A stretch of 64,000 bases of DNA from Macrostomum lignano (lineage: Eukaryota). Location of the stretch: the NCBI GenBank assembly GCA_002269645.1, contig NIVC01000013.1, positions 1,116,001 to 1,180,000 on the forward strand, given 5' to 3'. The notes under the pieces are model-generated. The model did not search any database and was not told where the DNA came from. It saw nothing but the letters and a program-made list of their open reading frames with translations. This document shows positions 32,974-44,410 of this stretch, piece after piece (within the stretch, counting starts at the first letter, position 1; every line of letters starts with the position of its first letter). The position numbers were made by a program, and so were the translations under genes.

Positions 32974-35321
32974 ATGATGAGGCAGCCGTCCCCCAGTATC
33001 ACAATCCCCACCCTCCCAAACTGCAGAGCTGGTCAGCTGCTCATTCGTGGCTCCCAGAGCTGTCAACTATTATCAAGTGACCAGCGGCTCCATCAGCCTC
33101 AACAGCTCCGTCACCAGCCAGCTGCTTGCCGACACCACTGGGACTCTGATGGTCACCGCGTGATGAAGTGTCGGACAAAGTCCTAGCTGCGCCGCCGTGG
33201 TCGTCAAGGACTCCTGGGACCGGCGCTGACTGTGCCAGATGCTATAGTCATCAACGATGCCAGTCAGCTGATCCTGAGTCCGGAGACCTTCGCTGCCAGG
33301 GAGCTGCGGCCTGGCCACGGCGTCAGGGTCTGGAAGGCTGACGACTTCAACGAGAAGCGACGCAAAGGCACCGTGGTCAAGTACATGTACTTCTACAGTG
33401 AGTCTCAGATTTTAATTTTTTAAAAGTGAATTACTACTTCTACTGTAGAGTAGTAAAACACCCATATTAACGGTATACTTCAAGATTTTAAAGAATTACA
33501 TTTTTAATTTGTAATTTACTGCTGTCTGCGCAGTGGCGAGACGGTAGTGAGTGATTTTTATGAAAAGCTGCTTTTTATGATGGATAGAGCTCCCACACTT
33601 GGCTCTGCTGCTCTTCCTTCTCTTCCTCTCCCCTTCTCTCCCCCTCTTCCTCTCTCTCCCTATCCACCCTCTCCTTCTCTCCCCATTTCCCCCTCTCTCC
33701 CACATCACCCCTGGCCCTCTCCCCACCTCCCCCTTTCCCTCTCCCTCTCCCCCTCTCTCCCCCTCTCCCCTCTTCCTCTCTTACCCTCTCTAACTTCTCC
33801 CCCTCTTTCTTGGCTCTGCTCGTGAAATTAACGGCCTCGAGGGCCAACCCCAAAGGCACAGTGATGTACATGCCTAACGAATGATAAATAAAGTTAGGGC
33901 CGCTGTACACTCCTGTGTGAGTGTGTGCCTTTGGGTATGACTGCGTACGTATCCGCGCGCTTGTGTGCCTGCTCAGGGGAGTCGGCGGAATGGGCAGCAA
34001 TGCCTCTCGCCGGTTGTGTGCGCCACGGTGCCTTTGAAAAATCAAATAGAGGCACTGCAATTCCGCAGTGAGCGGCTCAGGCAGAACCGGCACCGTCCAG
34101 TACCTGACTGTTGCCGAGGCCGGCTGCTACCGTATCGATGCTTTCGGCGCAAGGGGCGGGGGCTTCGATTTCGACGCGACCAAGCAGCCGGGCAGAGGCG
34201 CATCGGTTTCTGGCAGCTTCAGCCTGACAGCAGACACCCAGCTGGCTATCGTGGTTGCACAGGCGGGTGGCAACTCGGCTGCCGAACAAGCCGGTTCTGG
34301 CGGCGGCGGCGGCAGCTTCGTGTACAGAAGTGGCGACAGTCAGCCGCTTCTCGCTGCCGGTGGAGGCGGCGGCGCGGCCTACTATATAAATGGCAGCTAG
34401 TGATGACGTAATCGAGTCATATACAATAGCATCTTGTATTGGTGTTTGCATCAAGGCTAGGCAGAGCGTGCACCAAGGTTAGGCAGAGTGTGCACCAAGG
34501 CTAGGCAGAGTGTGCACCAAGGCTAGGCAGAGTGTGCACCAAGGCTAGGCAGAGTGTGCAAAGGCTAGGCAGAGTGTGCACCAAGGCAAGGCAGAGTGTG
34601 CACCAAGGCTAGGCAGAGTGTGCTGTGTGCACCAAGGCTAGGCAGAGTGTGCACCAAGGCTAGGCAGAGGCATCTCAGCAATCCCCATGAGGCTTGGCAT
34701 CTCAGCAATTCCCCCCATGAGGCTTGGCATCTCAGCAACTCCTCATTATTTCCAGGAATCGCCGGCTCCTCGGATACCAAAGGAGCTGACACCAACTATC
34801 CGACTTCAACGGACGATATCGGAGCCGGAGGAACGGATGGCGGTGCAGGCAAAGTGCCAACAACTCGCTACACAGTAAAATTCAGGTTCTTCATTACCGA
34901 CTGCTACACTTACGGCAAAGGTGGCCCTGGCGCTGGTTGGTTGAGCTCGGCGTTCTCAGACAGCTCATTCAAAAAATGCGACGGCACTGGCGGCAGCAGC
35001 CGCGACGGCAACCCGCCGTGGCTGGGCTGAATTCGCGGCGAAGACGCTCTGACAGGAGACGGCGGCTTCGGTGGCGGCGGCGGCGGAGCCAACGGAGGCA
35101 ACTTTGGAAGAGATTTTGGCGCCAGCGGCGGCGGCGGCGGCGGCTACAGCATTTGGCAGCGGCTGCGCGTCACCGTTGCTGGGGGCAATGAAGCGGACGA
35201 TGGCAATGGAAGAGTGATCTTTAGTAGGATTGAACTTGGCGCCTGCGATTCTAAAAGACAAAGAGTTGAGTACTGTGCGATCATTGATGATTGGGTTTCT
35301 AAGTACACTCGGACACTTTAG
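32974..35321 (+). pseudogene. Gene for an ALK/LTK-type glycine-rich domain protein (no kinase), with in-frame stops; probable pseudogene
   Basis: Exon-like blocks ~33187-33398 (donor gtgagt), 34069-34400 and 34756-35321. Motifs YRIDAFGARGG, GRGASVSGSFSL, IVVAQAGG, GSGGGGGSFV, LLAAGGGGG, GAGW, GGFGGGGG and GNGRVIF. Stops at 33184, 34398-34406 and 35028. Confidence 0.65.
34445..34670. repeat. 22-bp minisatellite (GCAGAGTGTGCACCAAGGCTAG)
   Basis: About 10 units. Confidence 0.9.
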
Positions 35322-35384
35322 TATGCGTAGGTGCTGTGGTGAGTCAGTGCGGAAATTTCTAACTTAAAACAGAGTCAGTGTTAG

Positions 35385-36225
35385 TGCCCCCCTTACGGTA
35401 GCTTTGGCGTCCCTTACAATAGCTTTAACGCCCCTTGCAGTAGCTTTGGCGGCCCTTGCAGTAGCTTTGGCGCCCCTTGCAGTAGCTTTGGGGCCCCTTG
35501 CAGTAGCTTTGGCGGCCCTTGCAGTAGCTTTGGGGCCCCTTGCAGTAGCTTTGTGGCCCCTTGCAGTAGCTTTGGGGCCCCTTGCAGTAGCTTTGGCGCC
35601 CCTTGCAGTAGCTTTGGGGCCCCTTGCAGTAGCTTTGGCGGCCCTTGCAGTAGCTTTGGGGCCCCTTGCAGTAGCTTTGTGGCCCCTTGCAGTAGCTTTG
35701 GGGCCCCTTGCAGTAGCTTTGGCGCCCCTTGCAGTAGCTTTGGGGCCCCTTGCAGTAGCTTTGGCGGCCCTTGCAGTAGCTTTCGCGCCCCTTGCAGTAG
35801 CTTTGGCGCCCCTTGCAGTAGCTTTGGCTTTGGCGCCCCCTTGCAGTAGCTTTGGCTTTGGCGCCCCCTTGCAGTAGCTTTGGCACCCCTTGCAGCAGCT
35901 TTGGCGCCCCCTTGCAGTAGCTTTGGCACCCCTTGCAGCAGCTTTGGCGCCCCCTTGCATTAGCTTTGGCGCCCCCTTGCAGTAACTTTGGTGCCCCCTT
36001 GAAGTCCCTTTGGCACCCCTTGCAGCAGCTTTGGCGACCCTTGCAGTAGCTTTGGCGCCCCCTTGCAGCAGCATTTGCGCGCCTTCCAGCAGCTTTGGCG
36101 CCCCTTGCAGCAGCTTTGGCGCCCCTCGCAGCAGCTTTGGCGCCCCTCGCAGCAGCTTTGGCGCCCCTTGCAGCAGCTTTGGCGCCCCTTGCAGCAGCTT
36201 TGGCGCCCCTTGCAGCAGCTTTGGC
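35385..36225. repeat. 21-bp minisatellite (GCCCCTTGCAGTAGCTTTGGC)
   Basis: About 40 units. Confidence 0.95.
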
Positions 36226-37257
36226 CGTCTATAGTATAAGTGAGAAAGTTTTTATCGTTAAAATACACCACTTACTGTCCAGCTCGTTTATAACTTGTTT
36301 TAATTTACGAGCCAGCTTTTAAAGAAAATTTTGTTTGAAAATTGACTTCATATGCTCGATAACAAAAATAATAATCCATTATACTAAAATTCAACCTAAA
36401 AATTTTCTATTTCTTTTCTAAACTAAGCCTTTTATGTTCACCGTGTTATCGCTGTGATATTTTTTTTCGCTAATAACTCACCAGTCTTTGTAGATGTGAA
36501 AATATAAACACAAGGATATTTAATTTACGAGTAAAAGTACAAACTGGAATGTCACTCAATTCGGTTGTGAGTTGTTGTTCTGAATTGTGTAACATTATGT
36601 AAACTTTTTTCATATAGCCAGAATCGTCATATTTTGGTAGCCCACAACCAAAATTCAATGTTTGAACAAGTTGAGCCCTTCTAGTTGATCATTGATAGTT
36701 GATTACATTCCAACTTAAACCGATGAATTAAAAGGTGAGGCATTAAAGTAAAGCAGCAATTTAAAATAATCCGTGCTGAGTACGGAAATTATAATAAAAT
36801 ATTACAATTCCAAGGACGATGTAATGGCGAAAATCATTGTCGAGATGGACTGCTGGACCTTCCATGAGATGATGGACCTTCTGGACTTCCGAATTCCAAA
36901 TAAAGCCAGGATGCAGCTACCAGAGACGATTTCTAGTCTCATGGAACATTCACTCGATTACGAGTTTAGCGTCTTTCTACATTATAGTTATTTAGTTAAA
37001 ATAGACAGCTCAATTCAGCACGAAGGCACGCTAATCCTGTTGGACCGGAGTGGGTCAAAGAAGTCATTGGTTACTGGGAAAACAAATCGAAGAAAATCGC
37101 GACATAAATCTTTCATTTACCCGACAAGAGTTATTAAATCAATTTTTGGGAGGAAAAATGATCACAAGAAACACCAAACCAGTATTACAATATGGATATA
37201 GCCCATAGTCCATGCCCTGTCAAATATGGGCCAACTGTGAATCATCAGTAAAAAAAA

Positions 37258-37767
37258 TCACTTGATCAGGTTGCAAACAAAGCCAATTAGAACTACTAAG
37301 CCGGCGTTGCCGGCAGACAAGGCGGCCAGGATGACGGAATTGCGCACCAGATCCGGGTCGCAGTAAGCTGGAGAATTGGCGGCCATCCGAACGTAATTGT
37401 CTCTGATTCTCAGCGCTACGAATAGCGTAAGGGAGGCCCAGGCCACGGCGGCCGTGTTCAGAAGCCATCTGACCGCCTCCATGCACTGGACGCAGGCGTC
37501 GTTCGGCACCGAGGGCCCCATAAGGCGTTCGGCTTCACCGGGCACGCCAGTCCACTTGCTGTTAGCTCGGACGGCGTCCCAGACGCCCCAGACAGCTAGC
37601 AGTGCGGCCAAAGCGCCGTTAACCACAACTGCTACAGGTAGGAAACTTTCCAGTGGGCAGTCGTGAAGATTCCTGGTGCCAACGGTGATCTGGGCTAGTC
37701 CCAATCCCAGGCTGCTGATCACCATCAGGGCGAGGAACACAAGGAGTAGGCTCGAGCATGAGCACAT
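37258..37767 (-). CDS. TMEM272-like multipass membrane protein, 169 aa
   Basis: ATG-started ORF with 4 hydrophobic segments, a 'DCPLESFLPV' motif after TM1 and 'YCDPDL' before the last TM, matching the TMEM272-family pattern as recalled. Confidence 0.7.
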   Translation of the reverse strand: MCSCSSLLLVFLALMVISSLGLGLAQITVGTRNLHDCPLESFLPVAVVVNGALAALLAVWGVWDAVRANSKWTGVPGEAERLMGPSVPNDACVQCMEAVRWLLNTAAVAWASLTLFVALRIRDNYVRMAANSPAYCDPDLVRNSVILAALSAGNAGLVVLIGFVCNLIK

Positions 37768-38349
37768 ATCGCCGGCTTTGAAAGTCAGATACCGGACTAC
37801 AATCGAGCCAAACTGTGGTGGAAGTCACGAAAAGGAATAACACTCGGTCTTTAAAGTGGAACTGCTTAGTTTTTACAAGGCCTGTGTTTCCAAAAAAATT
37901 TCACTGCCGAAAGCAAGAAAATTTACAACGCGCATTTGCCATAGCAAGCTGTTTTACCAAGGAATCTTTGGCACCTATTTCGGACAATCTTTTGCGATAA
38001 TCACATACGAAATCAGATAATAACTTGCTTTGCAAAATGCAGCTGCTCACTACAAAAGACAACTATAAACGATAAACTTTGCAGTGCAAGAAGAATCAAT
38101 CGATAGTGCCATTCGTGATCATTCGACTTAAATTTTAGCAAACTCAATCTTCAAATGGAATGAATCGATGAAAATGCATCTGTACGAACGTACGAGCGCA
38201 ATGGTTTACATAATTTACTTAATTATCCCAAAACGGTATACTATGAATACATTTGCTCTAACATAACAGTGGTAGACTAGGTGGCAGGCATACTCGTATT
38301 TTTAATTGCTCGAAATTCAAGCTTGTTTTTGTTAAATACCGTAAGGGAA

Positions 38350-39305
38350 GGACTCAGGTCTTCGATGAGTGTCTCACAGGACTGACTTATGTTGTCTTTG
38401 ATGAGTGTCTCACAGGACTGACTTACTCGTAGGTTGTTTTTGATGAGTGTCTCACAAGACTGACTCAGGTTGTCTTTGATGAGTGTCTCACAGGACTGAC
38501 TTAGGTTGTCTTTGATGAGTGTCTCAGGACTGACTCAGGTTGTCTTTGATGAGTGTCTCACAGGACTGATTCAGGTTGTCTTTGATGAGTGTCTCACAGG
38601 ACTGACTTAGGTTGTCTTTGATGAGTGTCTCACAGGACTGACTTACTCGTAGGTTGTTTTTGATGAGTGTCTCACAAGACTGACTCAGGTTGTCTTTGAT
38701 GAGTGTCTCACAGGACTGACTTAGGTTGTCTTTGATGAGTGTCTCAGGACTGACTCAGGTTGTCTTTGATGAGTGTCTCACAGGACTGATTCAGGTTGTC
38801 TTTGATGAGTGTCTCACAGGACTGACTTAGGTTGTCTTTGATGAGTGTCTCACAGGACTGACTTACTCGTAGGTTGTTTTTGATGAGTGTCTCACAGGAC
38901 TGACTCAGGTTGTCTTTGATGAGTGTCTCACAGGACTGACTCAGGTTGTCTTTGATGAGTGTCTCAGGACTGACTCAGGTTGTCTTTGATGAGTGTCTCA
39001 CAGGACTGATTCAGGTTGTGTTTGATGAGTGTCTCACAGGACTGACTTGGGTTGTCTTTGATGAGTGTCTCACAGGACTGACTTGGGTTGTCTTTGATGA
39101 GTGTCTCACAGGACTGACTTAGGTTGTCTTTGATGAGTGTCTCACAGGACTGACTCGGGTTGCCTTTGATGAGTGTCTCACAGAACTGACTCAGGTTGTC
39201 TTTGATGAGTGTCTCACAGGACTGACTCAGGTTGTCTTTGATGAGTGTCTCACAGGACTGACTTAGGTTGTCTTTGATGAGTGTCTCACAGGACTGACTT
39301 AGGTG
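38350..39305. repeat. 36-bp minisatellite (GGTTGTCTTTGATGAGTGTCTCACAGGACTGACTCA)
   Basis: About 26 units with a duplicated variant block. Confidence 0.95.
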
Positions 39306-39757
39306 GTCTTTGGTTTTATATTTCGGCTTTCGATTTGGAAGCTGATTAAGCATTCTGGTGTATTCTGTGGTTAATCCTAAATTTAGAAAAAAAAACATGA
39401 CACTAAATTACTAAAAGTAATACCGCAATCAAATTTAGCGAGAAAACTGTGTCGCATACCAAAATTAGAATTAATTTATAGGCATAATTTTTCCAAATAC
39501 AAGTGAAATACAATATATTAATTAGGCAATAAAGTAAGCAATTATAATCAATTGGAAATCACCAACTTAAGCGTCAGCGGCAAAACAAAAAATTGCTCAA
39601 TAAAATTAGTAATAGGAAAGACGTGAAATTTATGTTTTTTCCAAAACTACTCTATAAACATCGGTAAGCTACGCATTAATTATCAAATGAGCCAGCGCTA
39701 ACTGTGTGCCAAGCATTGCGAATGGAGGACTATACTCATATTTAACGATACGATAGT

Positions 39758-40772
39758 TCACCGGAGCACCAGCAGAGACACGCAGGCGGACAGAATAACG
39801 CACAGGACAGCGGCTAGCAACCATTGCCGTTTCGAAGGCTTTCCAACTCTAAGAATATGCAGCTTAGCATCTAGCAGAGCCTCCGCCTGAGGAAAACTTG
39901 AGCCCAGTATGACAAATCCGTGGCCCCGACGGATGTACATTCGACATCGGGGATAAGGATGCTGGCGCATCAGCTCGACTAGAGCGGCCGTATCTTCCGG
40001 CGTTGAGAATAGCGTCTCAACGTTCGAGCAGGGCACGTTGATTGCAGCAGCTTTTGCCTCGGTTTCAAACGCGTGCCCGTGCAAGCTGACAGACGCTGTG
40101 CGACTCTCCAGCAGGGCCGACCAGTGCAGCGGAGTGTCGCTGGTTGGCTGAATCTCCGAGCTGCTGGCGTAATAGCCGCACGACCAGGCGGTGAAATCGA
40201 AGCTTGTGACTACGCAGAAGTCGCGCTCGGTGTCCGATGGGCCTTGTGCTCGGCCCGATCTGAGGGGTGACAGCAGTAGCAGTAGCAGTAGTAGTAGTAT
40301 TAGTAGTAGTAGTAGTAGTAGTTATAGTAGTAGTAGTAATAGTAGTAGTAGTATTAGCGGTAGTAGTAGTAGTAGTAGTAGTAGTAGAATAGTAGAAATT
40401 TTCACAAAAACTATATTGGTTTTAATCTAAAACATGCCATTAAATTCCATAGATCATTTTGTACCTGCTAACCAACAGAGTCAGCTGATCGTCGCCTCCA
40501 ACGCCGCCTGCAGTTCGCGCCAACACCGCGGCCGCATTGCCAGCCAGTCGGCCGTCGGGTGCAACCGGCGCAGCGCCTCGGTCCTGCATCCACTCCAGCG
40601 CGCAGGCCATGGTCAGCAGGTTGGCGTCGAATTTCTCTCGCTGCTCGGCGGTGGTGCCGGCAGCGTGCCACCAGTCCTCCAGACGGCCGAGGTAGCGGCA
40701 GTTGAACTTGACGCGAACGCCGACCTCGTCTGACACGCCGCCGGCAGATTTTGAGGCCTCGCCATCGGGCAT
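39758..40772 (-). CDS. Uncharacterised ~269-aa protein, possible class II aldolase/adducin-like fold, with C-terminal membrane anchor
   Basis: Exons 40772-40465 and 40259-39758 join in phase 2 (AG|gtac...cag|A). HGH and RRGHGFVILG motifs; terminal hydrophobic helix WLLAAVLCVILSACVSLLVLR. Confidence 0.7.
40272..40385. repeat. (AGT)n trinucleotide repeat in intron
   Basis: Direct reading. Confidence 0.9.
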
Positions 40773-40857
40773 TTGAAGGGCTGGACGATTGACGCTGGAC
40801 TCTGATGACTGATACCTCTGTTAGGCTGTAGCTGAAATTGCGTGCCATGCAATGCGT

Positions 40858-41625
40858 TCAGGATCTGGGAGGCTGGCCCAGCAACTGACACTCTGGGAGG
40901 CTGGCCCAGCAACTCAGGATCTGGGAGGCTGGCCCAGCAACTGACACTCTGGGAGGCTGGCCCAGCAACTGACACTCTGGGAGGCTGGCCCAGCAACTCA
41001 GGATCTGGGAGGCTGGCCCAGCAACTGAGGATCTGGGAGGCTGGCCCAGCAACTGAGGATCTGGGAGGCTGGCCCAGCAACTGAAGATCTGGGATGCTGG
41101 CCCAGCAACTCAGGATCTGGGAGGCTGGCCCAGCAACTGAGGATCTGGGAGGCTGGCCCAGCAACTGAGGATCTGGGAGGCTGGCCCACCAACTGAGGAT
41201 CTGGGAGGCTGGCCCAGCAACTGAGGATCTGGGAGGCTGGCCCACCAACTGAGGATCTGGGAGGCTGGCCCAGCAACTCAGGATCTGGGAGGCTGGCCCA
41301 GCAACTGAGGATCTGGGAGGCTGGCTCAGCAACTGAGGATCTGGGAGGCTGGCCCAGCAACTGAGGATCTGGGAGGCTGGCCCAGCAACTGAGGATCTGG
41401 GAGGCTGATCCAGCAACTGAGGATCTGGGAGGCTGGCCCAGCAACTGAGGATCTGGGAGGCTGGTCCAGGAACTGAGGATCTGGGAGGCTGGCCCACCAA
41501 CTGAGGATCTGGGAGGCTGGTCCAGCAACTGAGGATCTGGGAGGCTGATCCAGCAACTGAGGATCTGGGAGGCTGGCCCAGCAACTGAGGATCTGGGAGG
41601 CTGGTCCAGGAACTGAGGATCTGCT
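40858..41625. repeat. 28-bp minisatellite, locus 2 (same unit as 21420-22416)
   Basis: About 27 units, same orientation as locus 1. Confidence 0.95.
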
Positions 41626-42149
41626 AAGTTCAAAATTAAATCGAAGCGAATGCAAATATCAAATTCATTGCCAATATATTTCGTACTAAGCTACTATTAT
41701 TAGTAAGAAGCAGCAGGCTACGACAGACTTTTTAGTGATGCAGCAAAGCATAAAGCTGATAGGTTCATCAAGTTGGAGAACAGATTATATTATTAATAAT
41801 GAGACAGAACAACATAGCCACATGGGATACATAGACAGAATAGGTGGTAATGCTATTTGAGATGTTGCATGCAAATAAAACCTCTCACTAACTAACAAAG
41901 ATTAGTGAGTTAGAGCCAGGTGAAATCGTACAAGTATGCCAGAGTGGGTAGTAAAGCGGTAATGAACCTGCATGGATAATATATTAAATATGCAAACAGT
42001 GTTAACTGAATAAAATCATACTTTGACTTTTGAAACAGCTTAAATGGGAAAGAGAAGGAATTAACATGTGAGTAGATTACACTCGAAATGAGATACGAAT
42101 CTCGTCATAGAGATGCAGGTTGCGACATGGAAAATCTACTACGAGATAG

Positions 42150-43115
42150 GATCTGAATCTCACCCGAGACACGAGATCTGAATCTCACCCGAGACATGAG
42201 ATCTGAATCTCACCCTAGACATAAGATCTGAATCTCACCCGAGAAATAAGATCTGAATCTCACCCTAGACATGAGATCTGAATCTAACTAAAGATATGAG
42301 ATCTGAATCTCACCCGAGACATACGAGTAAGATCTAAATCTCACCCAAGACATGAGATCGGAATCTCACCCGAGGCATGAGATCTAAATCTCACCCGAGA
42401 CATACGAGTAAGATCTGAATCTCACCCGAGAAATAAGATCGGAATCTCACCCGAGACACGAGATCTGAATCTCACCCGAGACATGAGATCTGAATCTCAC
42501 CCGAAACATGAGATCTGAATCTCACTAAAGACATGAGATCTGAATCTCACCCAAGACATGAGATCAGAATCTCACGCAGAGACATGAGTTCGGAATCTCA
42601 CCCGAGACATAAGATCTGAATCTCACCCTAGACATGAGATCTGTGTCTCACTAAAGACATGAGATCTGAATCTCACCAAAGACATGAGATCTGAATCTCA
42701 CCCGAGACATAAGATCGGAATCTCACCCGAGACATGAGATCTGAATCTCACGCAGAGACATGAGTTCGGAATCTCACCCGAGACATAAGATCTGAATCTC
42801 ACCCTAGACATGAGATCTGTGTCTCACTAAAGACATGAGATCTGAATCTCACCGGAGACATGAGATCTGAATCTCACCAAAGACATGAGATCTGAATCTC
42901 ACCCGAGACATACGAGTAAGATCTGAATCTCACCCTAGACATGAGATCTGAATCTCACCCGAGACATGAGATCGGAATCTCCCCCGAGACATGAGATCTG
43001 AATCTCACCCGAGACATGAGATCGGAATCTCACCCGAGACATGAGATCTGAATCTCACCCGAGACATACGAGTAAGATCGGAATCTCACCCTAGACATGA
43101 GATCTGAATCTCACT
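42150..43115. repeat. 25-bp minisatellite (GAGATCTGAATCTCACCCGAGACAT)
   Basis: About 38 units. Confidence 0.95.
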
Positions 43116-43353
43116 TTCTACCCGAGTCCTGGAATCCCGCAATCAATATGATACCTGGAAAACACACCCAAAAGTCTCACTCTTAGACAGAGAATTGCAA
43201 CCTGGCCCTTATTAAGCTCGTATCAGATCTGAGCCTAATAACGAACAATAGATTTTGGAGAAAACACACACCCAATATAACTTGAAGCAAACAAGCAAAA
43301 CCGAATCAAATTAAGCAATGAAGTTCACTTTTTATAAACAACCCCGACTTGTT

Positions 43354-44332
43354 TCAACGCTTTCGCCGACTGTCGCTACCAGCTGGCGATCTGTCGGCGT
43401 CATCATAATCGGCATTGCCATTGTCGTTGTTGTCGCCGAGATCGCTGTCGCCGCCGCCGCCGCGACGATCTCGAATGCCAGCGGAACTGCGGCTCCGACT
43501 GCGGCTACGACTTCTGCTATGCCGACGAGGTCGCTTCCTACCGCGGTGTCGGCCGCTATTTTCGTCGTCACTTCCCTCCGGCGTGGCGTCGATGTCAGAT
43601 GATCGACGCTTCAACGAAGACGATTTGGATTTTCTTCTCGACCGCTGCTGCTGCGGCGGCGGAGACCCGGGCGGCGAGGCGACCCGATGCTGCGAATCGC
43701 CGTCGGGTGACACGGACTTCCGGCTGCTACTCTTCTCACAATGCCGCTGACTGTTACGGCTACGGCTACGGCTGCGACTGCGGCTGCGACTGCGGCTGCG
43801 ACTTCGGCTGCGACTGGGACTGCCAATTAACTCCGGGCTGGAGCTGCAGTCGCTGTCGCGGCCTCCGCTGCACACCGGGCAGGGCCGTTTCAACCGGAAG
43901 TCGGCGTAGAGTACATTGCGCAGCAGTACGCGGGGATCTTTCTCCCCAGTGTTGACGCCTTTGCGAGCCAACCGGTGCGGCACGGAGAGGGCCAGAGGGT
44001 CGTGATTGCGAGGACATCGGCAGTCGGTTTTGCCGCGCACGTACGCATTGCACAGGTGCAAATAGTCGCAACTGTTGGCGCCGCGTTGGCAGCCGCGCTC
44101 AGTGTTGTAATAGCAACAGGTGCAGGGGAACACCACCTTGGTTAGGGCGGGTGTGGGTGCTGTGTTCTCTATTTATAGTCATGTTTAGTCTACTTCTGCT
44201 CTGTCTGTAGTAAATTAAACTAAAGCAAAACGTTGCTATTAGCTGGTCTTTAAGTGACTCTCAGGGTGTCTGTCTGGCTGTCTGTCTGTCTGTCTGAGTG
44301 TCTGTCTGTCTGTCTGTCTGCTTGTGTGTCTA

Positions 44333-44410
<78 letters not shown>

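Noticed and set aside
34068-35321. ALK/LTK receptor tyrosine kinase ortholog, or a selenoprotein (TGA at 35028)
   Set aside because: No MAM, LDLa, TM or kinase exons are present. Several other stops exist, no SECIS was recognised, and the position is not a Cys-equivalent.
36773-37201. 142-aa + strand ORF
   Set aside because: Non-ATG start, AT-rich composition, and no recognisable motif or splice support.
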